Positions 1 to 8,483 are shown, counted from the stretch's first letter. The stretch: 32,000 nucleotides of DNA from Gemmata obscuriglobus (GCF_008065095.1 NZ_CP042911.1:3510001-3542000); one strand, 5' to 3'. A program made the numbers and translations. The notes: generated from the letters alone by a model not told the origin.

Positions 1-836
1 GTTCGGGCGGCGGACCGGCCCCCGTTCGCAACCAAGCTGACCATGGCCGTGGGCTTGGTGCGGTGGGCGCACGGGTGGCTGGCGTTGTGGGGGAAGGCGG
101 TGTGGGTGGTGGCCGACGGGGCGTACGCCCAGGGGCCGGTGCTCAAGCCGCTGCGGAAGCTCGGGGTGACGGTGGTGAGCCGACTGCGCCGGGATGCGGC
201 CCTGTGCTCGGTGCCACCGGCGCGAGTACCCGGGCGGCCCGGCGGCCGCGGGTGTACGGGACCGAGCGGGTGTCGCTGGCCAAGCGGGCCGCCCACCCCG
301 GCGGGTGGAGCACCGGCATGTTCACCGTGTACGGGAAGTCGGTCGAGAAGCGGTACAAGACGTTCGTGGCCACGTGGCGCCCGGCCGGTGGGGCGATCCG
401 GGTGGTGTTGGTGGACGAGCCCCACGGATGGGTCGCGTTCTTCGGCACCGACACCACCGCGACCGTGGCCGACATCCTGGAGCGGGTGGCCGACCGGTTC
501 ACCCTGGAGACCTGTTTTCGGGATCTCAAACAAGTCGCCGGGGCGGGTCAGCAGCAGGTGCGCGGGGTGCCGTCGAACGTGGGGTGCTTCCACCTGTGCG
601 CGTGGGCCCACACCCTGACCGAGGTGTGGGCCTGGAACCAGAACGCCGAGGCCCTGGTGGGGCACCGATCCGCATCCCCGTGGGACGACCCGAACCGGCG
701 CCCGAGCCACGCGGACAAGCGCCGGGCCTGGCAACACGAGCTGTTGGCCCAGGAGATTCAGGCCGTTGTGGGCGAGCACCACGACCACGCGAAAATCCGC
801 GACCTCGCCCACCGGTGCTTGGATCTGGCCGCGTGA
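1..836 (+). pseudogene. DDE transposase, IS4/IS701-like; 5' end lies outside the window and the gene is frameshifted
   Basis: Frame 1 is open from base 1 and reads ...FATKLTMAVGLVRW...VWVVADGAYAQGPVLKPLRKLGVTVVSRLRRDAAL (DDE 'ADGAY' block). Similarity then continues in frame 3 (RPRVYGTERVSLAKRA...KRYKTFVATWRPAGGAIRVVLVDEP...FTLETCFRDLKQVAGAGQQQVR) to the TGA at 834-836. The frame switch lies in a G/C run at about 225-250. Confidence 0.6.
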
Positions 837-839
837 GCG

Positions 840-2380
840 CGGCCGATTCGCGGAAACTACAGTCTGACCTGTACTGCTCTGAAAATTACTCCGGTAGTGC
901 TGCCGGCTCGGGTGTCGGGCGTGGCTCCAAGGTCACTTGTGCCCGAGTTGCTCCAGACGGTGCACCAGGTTGCGGGCCAACTGTTCGGGTTGGAGCCGGT
1001 CGTAGTAGTCGGCTCCGAGTTCCTGGTATGCCACCCGATGGCGGAGCACCTGATACACGATCACCAGTAGGGTATGCCCGATCGCCAGCAGGGCCCGCTC
1101 GGCGCCGCCGGGCCACCCGCCGGTACCGGGCGCCCAGGTACGTCTTCTTCGAGTGGGACGCAGCCCACCCGGCTTGCACCAGGGCCTGTCGGAGCCACCG
1201 GTTCCCGCGCCGAGTGCGTCCCGTCCGCCGCTTCCCGGCGCTCTCGTTGTTGCCGGGGCACATCCCGGCCCAGCTTGCGCATCGCCCGGCCGTCGGGAAC
1301 GGGTCGACGGTCGGCCCGATCTCGGCCAGCAGCACCTCGGCCGTGTGCTTCTGGATTCCAGGGATCGTGGTCAGCAGGTTCAGCGCCTTGACGTCCGGAG
1401 CCGTGAGCTGGGCGATCCGGGCATCCAGTTGGGCCACCAGCCGATCCAGCTGATCGATGTGCTCCAGGAGCACCTGGAGTAGGAACCGGTGGTGTTCGGT
1501 CACCCGCCCGCGGAGCGCCTCCCGGAGCTGCGGGATCTTCCCCCGCATCCGGCGCCGGGCCAAGTCGGCCAGTACCGCGGGGTCGTCCTGCCCGGCGATG
1601 ATGGCGTCGAGCATGGCCCGGCCGGACGCCCCGAGCACGTCGCTGGCCACGCTCCCCAGCTTGATGTTGGCGTCCTCCAGTACCTTCTGGACCCGGTTCG
1701 CCGCTGCGGTCTGCTCGGCCCCCAGTTGGGACCGGTGCCGGGTCAGATCCCGCAACTCGCGCTGGCGGGTCGGCGGGATGAAGCTGGCGGTCAGCAGCCC
1801 GTGCTGGAGCAGCTGGGCGATCCAGGCGCAGTCGGCCACGTCGGTCTTGCGCCCGGGTACCTGTTTGATGTGCTGGGCGTTCACCAGCAGGAGCGTGAAC
1901 TAGCCGTCGAGGACGTTGAGCACCGGCTTCCAGTACACCCCGGTCGATTCCATGGCCGCATGGGTGACGCCCTCGGCCGCCAGCCATGTGGCCCGCTCCT
2001 CCAGGGCCCGGGTGTGGGTGGGGAAGGTGCGCACGTCCTGGCGAGCCCGCTTGCCGCCATCGTGGCGCCGGACGCACGCAACCACGGTATCCTTGTGCAC
2101 GTCCAGCCCGGCGCGGTGCGGGTACACGGTGCCCACGGCCGATCCTCCTCAAGGAGAGCGGCCCGCCCCGGGGATGGCGATGGGGTCCGAACATTCTGCT
2201 CTGCGTGCTCCCCGCGGGCGCCGGGGGCGACAGTCTCGTGGTCGTGGGGCCGTCCGGCCAGACTTTCCGTCGGGCTTGAAGCACCAGTACAGTGCGGCCT
2301 CGCTCCGGGGCGGACCAACGATCAGTGTAACCGATCGCCTGTCCCCCATTTTCATGGTCTCTGTGAGCCGCAACGCGTCA
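840..2380 (-). mobile_element. IS110-like element; boundaries approximate
   Basis: The decayed IS110 recombinase gene has a long non-coding stretch 5' of its start (2137 to about 2300-2380). Less than 50 bp separates its stop (886) from the neighbouring IS701-like stop (836). A long left end with a short right end fits the IS110 subgroup. No terminal inverted repeats, as expected for this family. Confidence 0.4.
886..2136 (-). pseudogene. IS110-family transposase/recombinase, inactivated by an in-frame TAG and at least one C-terminal frameshift
   Basis: ORFs 1900..2136 (MGTVYPHRAGLDVHKDTVVACV...ESTGVYWKPVLNVLDG*) and 886..1884 (...LLLVNAQHIKQVPGRKTDVADCAWIAQLLQHGLL...) share one frame and are separated only by the TAG at 1900-1902. 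Near 1080-1110 the expected ...RRGAERALLAIGHTLLVIVYQVLRHRVAYQELGADYYDRLQPEQLARNLVHRLEQLGHK reads in a different frame from the upstream YLGARYRRVARR. Confidence 0.85.
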
Positions 2381-2400
2381 TGACGACTTTCCGCAAATTA

Positions 2401-2418
2401 GAGTCTATCTGGAAAGTT
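2401..2418. repeat. IS5 terminal inverted repeat (low-coordinate end)
   Basis: GAGTCTATCTGGAAAGTT; the reverse complement matches 3332-3349 at 17/18 positions. Confidence 0.85.
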
Positions 2419-3264
2419 TAGTGGCCTTTTGCATGGGTTTTCGCGTGTATTTAAAGGTCGCCTGAGTGCGCGTTTTGTCGGGTGCGAGTCGTTGGAGCAT
2501 GAGGTGAATCATGCTTACCTGGATCATCGCTTCGGCAGCCGCCGTTGTCCGTTCGTAGTCCTTGCTGTTGCGTCGGTACTTCCCCGTCCAAGCGTTGGTC
2601 CGCTCGATCACCCACCGGTACGGCAGATGAACCAACCCCTTGGCCCCCGCCGGACGTTCCACCACCGTCACCTGGTACCCGCCCGATTCGCGGGCCAAAT
2701 ACCGGTCCAGGGTCCGGTTGTTGTACGTCCCGTCGCCCCGCACCTCGCCCAACCGCACGCGGTGTTGCGGGCTCAACTTGGCGAGTACCTGCGGAGCCGT
2801 CGTGCCGTCGTCGCAACTCGCGGCCGTGACCCGCACCACCATCAGCAACCCCAAGGAATCCACGATCAGATGACGCTTCCGGCCGTTGATCTTCTGGCCG
2901 CCGTCGTAACCCCGTGCCCCACCCGCCTCGGTCCCTTTGACCGTCTGCGCGTCGATCGCCGCCTTCGCCGGGTTGGGATCCCGACCGGCCGCCACGCGGA
3001 CCTGCGGACGAAGGTGTCGAGGATCCGTTGCCACGTCCCATCGGCGACCCAGGCCATCAGGTACTCGTTGGCGGTCGAACGCTTGGCCAGATCCCGGGGC
3101 AACATGGCCCATTGGCACCCGGCCTTGGCCAAGTAAAAGATGGTGTTGACCACCAAGCGCATATCCACCGTTCGGGGACGCCCGCCCGGCTTGGCGGGTG
3201 GGATCAGCGGCTCGATCACGGCCCACTGCGCGTCCGTCCAATCCGTCGGATACACGCGATCCAT
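2405..3264 (-). CDS. IS5-family transposase in two overlapping frames (orfA 2866..3264, orfB ending at 2405; a -1 frameshift is needed for the fusion)
   Basis: orfA: MDRVYPTDWTDAQWAVIEPLIPPAKPGGRPRTVDMRLVVNTIFYLAKAGCQWAMLPRDL...GTWQRILDT. orfB: ...LRPQVRVAAGRDPNPAKAAIDAQTVKGTEAGGARGYDGGQKINGRKRHLIVDSLGLLMVVRVTAASCDDG...YRWVIERTNAWTGKYRRNSKDYE. These are typical IS5 DDE blocks. By eye the homology changes frame near 3000-3030. I saw no classical slippery heptamer. Confidence 0.85.
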
Positions 3265-3331
3265 CGCAGCCCCATCCGTAGGTCCGAGCGATGACCCAAC
3301 ACTACCAACTCACGGTACTTGGGGCACCTCC

Positions 3332-3349
3332 AACTTTCCGGATAGACTC
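3332..3349. repeat. IS5 terminal inverted repeat (high-coordinate end)
   Basis: AACTTTCCGGATAGACTC; partner of 2401-2418. Confidence 0.85.
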
Positions 3350-3425
3350 TGAGCGACTCCAAGCCGAGAAGGGGTACGCGGTTGCGGACCTGCCGAGCGA
3401 GCGGACCAGGCGTGACATCCTGAAT

Positions 3426-3561
3426 CCAGTAGTTTCAAGTTCCAGGTTCCAGGTTCCAGGTTCCAAGTCGGAACCCAGTTCGTCAAAAGCGCCGGCGATC
3501 CGTGTGGCTCGTGACTCCACTTGGAACCTGGAACCTGGAACCTGGAACTTGAAACTACTGG
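3426..3561. mobile_element. MITE-like element: 43-bp perfect terminal inverted repeats, 50-bp centre, flanked by AAT/AAT
   Basis: 3426-3468 CCAGTAGTTTCAAGTTCCAGGTTCCAGGTTCCAGGTTCCAAGT is the exact reverse complement of 3519-3561. Each arm carries about four tandem GTTCCA/GGTTCC hexamers. AAT occurs at 3423-3425 and at 3562-3564. Removing 3426-3564 (139 bp) joins the ISAzo13 frames into ...RRDILN|RMGYRLKR... Confidence 0.7.
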
Positions 3562-4659
3562 AATCGCATGGGGTATCGGCTGAAGCGGATCCAGAAGGGC
3601 AAGCCGCTGAAGACGACGCCCGAGACGGATGCCATCTTCGCCAACGTCAAGGCCGCCCGAGCGCCGGCCGCGGCCGAGGCCGAGACGCTGGAAATCTTGG
3701 TGGACACGCGGGCCAAGGTGAACGAACGCGAATACGCCCGCGGGGGGAAAAACGCGGACCCGGTCGGACGGTACGGCGGCGAAGGGGTTGGACCATGCCC
3801 CCCCCCGGCGGCACGCAAGTGGATCCCGCTGGGGGGCCTGATGGTGGCCACCGGGGGCCTGGCGCTGGTGTTCGGGTCCAAGGAGACGAGCGACTTCTGG
3901 GTGGATGGGTTGCGGGTCCGGTGGGCACGTGTGTCGGTCGGGTGCCGGTCGATTCGCCGACTGGTCGTGTACCTGGACAACGGGCCCAATTGCTCGGGCA
4001 CCCGGGCCCAGTTCCTGAAGCGGATGGTGGCGTTCGCCGATTGGTCGGGGCTCGAGGTCCGGCTCGTGTACGACCCGCCGTACCACGGCAAGTACAACCC
4101 GGTGGAGCGGTGCTGGTCGAGTCTCGAGCGGAAGTGGGGCGGGGCCCTGCTCACGTGTCTGGACGTGATCCTCGGGTACGCCCGGCGGATGACCTGGAAG
4201 GGACGGCCCCCGACGGCCGACCACCTGGTCGGGGACTACCAGGACGGGATATGGTTGACCAAGGCCCAGTGAAGCCCGTTGAGGCGCGGCTGGAGCGATC
4301 CAAGGCGCTTCCCAAGTACGACATCACCATCCGGCCCCTGAAAGCCCGCGGCGGGTAAATCTCCGCCTGCCGAACGCCTAGTCACTCGCAACCACAACCG
4401 AATGTTGGGGCCGGCGAAAGCTAAACAGCGAAATCTTGGGAACCCATCGCCGCGGCTCAACGGAGGGAATTTCCCGAACCGCTCGAATAACTCGCGCCCG
4501 GTTACCGTCTCACCGGTAAGCCCCGCCCGGTAAGCGGATCGCCCGAAAATGAATCGAGTGCGAGGGCTTGCCTTCGCCGCTCCGACGCTTACGATCTGTA
4601 TCGGCCTTTCCACCGCCGCCGGCGTGGTGCCGGCGACGGTCTCACAGAAGGAGTGCAGC

Positions 4660-5205
4660 ATGCGCGCGACCCGTTTCCTTGGCCTGGCTCTGGTGCTCGC
4701 CCTCGCCTCGTCTGTCGCCACCGGCGAAGAGCTGAAGTCCGGCCCGACCGAGAAGATCGGCGGCGCCTTCGACGTGAAGGCGATCACCGGCGAGAAGGCT
4801 GGCAAAACGCTCTGCTACGTGTGCAAGTTCGGCGGTGAGGGGCGCCCGGCCGCGGTGCTGATCTTCACCCAGAAGGCCGACGACAACCTGGTCGCCGTGG
4901 TGAAGGCGGTGGACGGCGTTCAGAAGACCAACGAGAAACTGGGCACTGTGGTGGTCGGCGTCAGCGGCGTCGAGGCCGCCGACTTCGAGAAGCTTCAGAC
5001 CACCCACAAGCTGACCACCCCGCTGACCGTTGCGGCCGACAAGGACGGCCCGGCGAAGTACAGCCTGAGCAAGGACGCGGCCGTGACCGTCGTCGTGTAC
5101 CAGAAGGGCGGCAAGGTGAGCAAGAACTTCGCGTTCAAGACGACCAAGGAAGCCGCCGAAAAGGCCTCGGAAATCGCCAGCGCCGCGACCGCCGCCCTCA
5201 AGTAA
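4660..5205 (+). CDS. secreted hypothetical protein with a CxxC motif (thioredoxin-fold-like)
   Basis: GAAGGAG at 4647-4653 lies 6 nt before the ATG at 4660. Signal-peptide-like N-terminus MRATRFLGLALVLALASSVATG. Motif GKTLCYVCKFGGEGRPAAVLIFT. TAA stop. The longer track ORF from 4549 has no RBS support. Confidence 0.7.
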   Translation: MRATRFLGLALVLALASSVATGEELKSGPTEKIGGAFDVKAITGEKAGKTLCYVCKFGGEGRPAAVLIFTQKADDNLVAVVKAVDGVQKTNEKLGTVVVGVSGVEAADFEKLQTTHKLTTPLTVAADKDGPAKYSLSKDAAVTVVVYQKGGKVSKNFAFKTTKEAAEKASEIASAATAALK

Positions 5206-5399
5206 GTTGAGCGCGGTTTAAGAACCAGGGGGTTGAACCTCCTGGCTGTTCCCGACGAACCTTGAGGGGCTGACCGTAACTCACACCTCTTTGGTGTGCT
5301 TGCGGCCCTGTGAGGCCACCGGCAACAGCTAGGGTTTCAACCCCTCGTTGTTTTGTGTACGATGCTTTCCACCTTCTCGCCTCGTGCAGGTCCTGAGCT

Positions 5400-8300
5400 A
5401 TGCCGTTCCGCGTTTCCGCCTTCGCGGTCGTAGCGTTCCTGTTCGCTTCGTTTGCCGGCGCGCGGCCGCAACCGGCCGACGTGAGTGGGCCGATCAACGT
5501 GACTCCGAAGCCGCTCGCGTCAGACAAGACGGTAAAGCTCGATTATGACATGGTGTATGTCCGTGCGCCGCGAAACGGCGATAAGGTCGGTACGAACTGG
5601 CCCGAGATCTCGAACCCGGTCTACATGGACGCCGGCGCCGACCTGATGCTCCTCCGCCCCGACGGTTCCGAAGAGGTGCTGGTGAGGGGCGGAAGCGGGT
5701 CGGTCACCGACCCTGCGGTGTCGTTCGACGGCGAATGGGTCTACTACTCGCACTTCCACGACATGAAGGGCGGCAGCGTTTCACAAGGCCCTTCCGGCGG
5801 CGCGGACATTTACAAGATCCATGTGAAGTCGCGGACGGTCGTCCGCCTCACCCACCAGCAGTTCACCCCCAACACCGGCGCGGCGAACTGGAGCACGGAC
5901 TACCGCACCCCCGAGGCCGGGAAGAACTCCTTCGGGTACGGCGTGTTCAACACCGGCCCGTGCCCGCTGCCGGGTGGGAAGGTGGCGTTCACGAGCAACC
6001 GCAACGGGTTTAAACCGCCGAAGCGGCTGCCGCACGTCATGCAACTGTTCGTGATGGACGACGACGGCTCGAACGCCGAATGCATCGGGCACCTGAACCT
6101 CGGGATGGCGCTCCACCCGACCGTCCTGCGCGACGGGCGGATCATGTTCAGCTCGCTCGAATCGCAAGGGCTCCGCGCATCGACGCTGTGGGGGCTGTGG
6201 GTCATCAACCCGGACGGCACCGGGTGGGGGCCGATGGCCAGCGCGTTTATGCCCGGGGCGAGCCCGAGCGCGTGGCACTTCCAGACGCAGCTCTCCGACG
6301 GTTCAATCGTGGCCGAGGAGTACTACAGCCAGACGAGCAGCGGGTTCGGGAGCTTCGTGCGGTTCCCGCTGGCGGCACCGGAGGGGAAGACGTTCGGCCC
6401 GGGGTACACGCAAGACCCGCGGAACCCCCCGCTGCGTCACGGCCGGACCGACGACGGGAAGGCCCGCGTTCGGCGTCTGCCGTTCAGCCCCTTTGGGGTC
6501 GAGTCCATTACACCGTTCGCTCGTTCCGACGAGGGGCCGTCGGACTACGCGGTTCGCGGGTCGCGTACCGCGCCGCGGGTCGGCAAGGTGACGCACCCGT
6601 CGGCGGCGCCGGACAACCACCTGCTTTCGGTGTGGTCGCCGGGGCCGGTCAACGGCGGCTACACGGTTCACGTTCCCGCAGTCGATGGCGGGTTGTACCT
6701 GCTGAAAGACGGTAAGGCCGCGAACGAACCGGGCGACCTGCTGCTCATCAAGAACGACCCGAAGTTTAACGAACAGTGGCCCCGCGCGCTGGTGCCGTAC
6801 AAGCGGATTCACGGCATCGACGAGCCGAAGAAACTCGCCCCGCTTGCGAACGACGGGGCGCTCTCGAAGCACCTTCCGGCGGGCACCCCGTTCGGACTGG
6901 TGGGTACGTCGAGCTTCTACAAGCGCGAGAGCTACCCCAACGGGGTGGTCAAGCCGGGCACGGTGACCGCCGCCTACGCGGGCGGTGACCCGTCGGGTTA
7001 CGAAAACCTCGACTGGTTCAACCCCGCGGCCGACGCCACGTCGCTCAACTGGCTGAACCAGGGGGCGGACGTCGGCCGGTACACGAACGCCGACATCCAC
7101 GCCGTGCGCATCCTCGCGATGGAACCGACGACCGACCGCAACCAGGGGCCGCAATCGGGCCGCACGTTCCGCAGCCACGCGACCGAGAAGCTCCGCATCC
7201 TCGGCGAGATCCCCCTTCGCAAGTTCCAAAACGGGAGCGAGCCGCTCGACCCGGACGGGAACCCCGACACGAGTTTCCTGGCGAAGATCCCTGCAGACGT
7301 GGGGTTCACTTTCCAGACGCTCGACCGGCGCGGGATGGTGCTGAACATGGCGCAAACGTGGCACCAAGTTCGGCCCGGCGAGATCCGCAACGACTGCGGC
7401 GGGTGCCACGCGCACAGCCAGAAGCCCACGGACTTCAAGCTCACGGCCGCGGCGAAACCGGACTACCAACTCTTCGACCTGACCGAGAAGGCGCCGCTGC
7501 TGGCGCCTCCGTCCGGCGACCAGTCGAAGAAGCAGTGGGATGCGAAAGCCGAGACGGGGCTGAAGTTCGCAGCGGGAGTGAAGAACGTCGAGTACTTCCG
7601 TGACGTGAAGCCGATCCTCGACCGGAGCTGCGCGGCCTGCCACACGCTGAAGGGCGACGCCCCGGCGAAGCTCGTGCTCGATGACGACAAGACCATCAAC
7701 GTCGCCGACTGCGACGACGTTCCGGGCACCTACTACCGGCTGGCGATGGACGGCGCCGGGCGGTTCGGGCACAAACCGCTCGTCGGCGGGTGGCGCGGGG
7801 TGAACGCCTCGCGCTACGTCCGGATGTTCCAGTCCCGACGCAGCCTCCTGATTTGGAAGGTGTTCGGCGCGCGGCTCGACGGCTGGACCAACGACGACTT
7901 CCCGACGGAGACCGCCCCCGGCGACCCGCGCACACTCCAGTTGAAGGGCGAACCGGTTCCGAACACGCTCGCGAACCGCAGCCGCGCCGACCTGGATTTC
8001 ACCGGCAGCGTGATGCCGCCGCCGGAAGCGGTCAAGGCCGGTAAGGTCGCGCCGCTGAGCGAGGAAGACAAACTCACCCTGGTACGGTGGATCGATCTGG
8101 GGTGTCCGATCGACCTCGACTACGACCCCAATCGCCCTGAAAAACGCGGCTTCGGCTGGGCGCTGGACGACCAGCGGCCGACGCTGACGGTTCAGACGCC
8201 ACGGGCCGGCGGGAACGAGCCGCTCGAACGCATCCGGATCGGGATGCACGATTACGGCACCGGTCTGGACGCGGCGAGTTTCACGGTAACAGCCAGTGTC

Positions 8301-8483
8301 CCGGTCAACGGAACTGCCGCCGGTGAAAATCTGGCACCGCAGTTCGCCTCACTCGGTGGGGGCGTTTACGAACTGAAGCTGACCGCACCCCTGAACGTGG
8401 CGGGCGCGAAACTCATGGCCCGCGTGAAGGACAAACAGGGTAACGTCACTCGTGTCGATCGCACGTTTTCAGCGGGAAAATGA
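5400..8483 (+). CDS. large secreted protein: TolB/PD40-like beta-propeller region plus two c-type haem-binding motifs (the second is planctomycete cytochrome c-like)
   Basis: Signal peptide MPFRVSAFAVVAFLFASFAGA. PD40-like strands (LLRPDGSEEVLV, SFDGEWVYYS, GGKVAFTSNRNG, LFVMDDDGSNAECIG). CXXCH at 7395-7409 (CGGCH) and 7629-7643 (CAACH, in the context FRDVKPILDRSCAACHTLKGD). 1027-aa uninterrupted ORF with strongly G/C third codon positions. Confidence 0.85.
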   Translation: MPFRVSAFAVVAFLFASFAGARPQPADVSGPINVTPKPLASDKTVKLDYDMVYVRAPRNGDKVGTNWPEISNPVYMDAGADLMLLRPDGSEEVLVRGGSGSVTDPAVSFDGEWVYYSHFHDMKGGSVSQGPSGGADIYKIHVKSRTVVRLTHQQFTPNTGAANWSTDYRTPEAGKNSFGYGVFNTGPCPLPGGKVAFTSNRNGFKPPKRLPHVMQLFVMDDDGSNAECIGHLNLGMALHPTVLRDGRIMFSSLESQGLRASTLWGLWVINPDGTGWGPMASAFMPGASPSAWHFQTQLSDGSIVAEEYYSQTSSGFGSFVRFPLAAPEGKTFGPGYTQDPRNPPLRHGRTDDGKARVRRLPFSPFGVESITPFARSDEGPSDYAVRGSRTAPRVGKVTHPSAAPDNHLLSVWSPGPVNGGYTVHVPAVDGGLYLLKDGKAANEPGDLLLIKNDPKFNEQWPRALVPYKRIHGIDEPKKLAPLANDGALSKHLPAGTPFGLVGTSSFYKRESYPNGVVKPGTVTAAYAGGDPSGYENLDWFNPAADATSLNWLNQGADVGRYTNADIHAVRILAMEPTTDRNQGPQSGRTFRSHATEKLRILGEIPLRKFQNGSEPLDPDGNPDTSFLAKIPADVGFTFQTLDRRGMVLNMAQTWHQVRPGEIRNDCGGCHAHSQKPTDFKLTAAAKPDYQLFDLTEKAPLLAPPSGDQSKKQWDAKAETGLKFAAGVKNVEYFRDVKPILDRSCAACHTLKGDAPAKLVLDDDKTINVADCDDVPGTYYRLAMDGAGRFGHKPLVGGWRGVNASRYVRMFQSRRSLLIWKVFGARLDGWTNDDFPTETAPGDPRTLQLKGEPVPNTLANRSRADLDFTGSVMPPPEAVKAGKVAPLSEEDKLTLVRWIDLGCPIDLDYDPNRPEKRGFGWALDDQRPTLTVQTPRAGGNEPLERIRIGMHDYGTGLDAASFTVTASVPVNGTAAGENLAPQFASLGGGVYELKLTAPLNVAGAKLMARVKDKQGNVTRVDRTFSAGK

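Larger units (their letters stand above)
2400..3350 (-). mobile_element. IS5-family insertion sequence (IS427/IS1031-like), apparently intact
   Basis: Terminal inverted repeats: 2401-2418 GAGTCTATCTGGAAAGTT versus the reverse complement of 3332-3349 (AACTTTCCGGATAGACTC), 17/18 match, extendable by one bp at 2400/3350. They enclose the two-frame transposase gene. Flanking triplets are TTA (2398-2400) and TGA (3350-3352). Confidence 0.85.
2380..4358 (+). pseudogene. ISAzo13-family (Rhodopirellula-type DDE) transposase, N-terminally truncated, interrupted by the IS5 and by a 136-bp palindromic element, with a C-terminal frameshift
   Basis: Pieces: 2380-2400 MTTFRKL; 3351-3425 ERLQAEKGYAVADLPSERTRRDILN; 3565-4272 RMGYRLKRIQKGKPLKTTPETDAIFANV...ILVDTRAK...LVVYLDNGPNCSG...GKYNPVERCWSSLE (the D, D, E blocks are readable). 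The C-terminus VKPVEARLERSKALPKYDITIRP continues in another frame to the TAA at 4356-4358, with the shift at about 4268-4272. Confidence 0.75.

Noticed and set aside
869-876. An 8-bp inverted repeat, CTGTACTG (869-876) / CAGTACAG (2285-2292), considered as the possible IS110 element ends.
   Set aside because: Only 8 bp match with no extension. A match of that size within two ~100-bp search zones is plausible by chance, and IS110-subgroup elements normally lack terminal repeats.
1900-1902. Two in-frame TAG codons (IS110 at 1900-1902; M20 at 30897-30899), considered as evidence for amber reassignment or pyrrolysine.
   Set aside because: TAG serves as an ordinary terminator for rpsF (15293), the G3E GTPase gene (13046) and the sigma-fusion gene (17583). 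The IS110 gene also carries an independent frameshift. No pyl genes or suppressor tRNA are visible in the window.
3441-3466. Tandem GGTTCC/GTTCCA hexamers, considered as a CRISPR array or microsatellite.
   Set aside because: There are only ~4 units with no spacers, and they are mirrored exactly in the opposite arm. They form part of the terminal inverted repeats of the 136-bp element.
3291-4358. A 355-aa ORF spanning the palindromic element and the ISAzo13 region.
   Set aside because: Only its first ~45 codons (ERLQAEKGY...RRDILN) and last ~30 codons (VKPVEARLERSKALPKYDITIRP) are in the true transposase frame. The middle is an out-of-frame read-through (R/G/P-rich). It is a composite produced by the insertion and a frameshift, not a gene.
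4549-4659. An upstream extension of the CxxC protein ORF (MNRVRGLAFAAPTLTICIGL...).
   Set aside because: There is no RBS at 4549. A strong GAAGGAG precedes the internal ATG at 4660, which is directly followed by a canonical signal peptide.
6303-8249. Very long ORFs on the strand opposite to well-supported genes. Examples: 6303..8249 (648 aa), 11919..13106, 15248..16060, 16549..17445, 19666..20625, 21610..22836, 22049..23494, 24066..24935, 25219..26178, 27143..28129, 28805..29704, 29835..30737.
   Set aside because: They are Arg/Pro/Gly/Val-rich with no recognisable motifs. Each overlaps a gene with clear family signatures. Such stop-codon-poor shadow frames are expected in GC-rich DNA.
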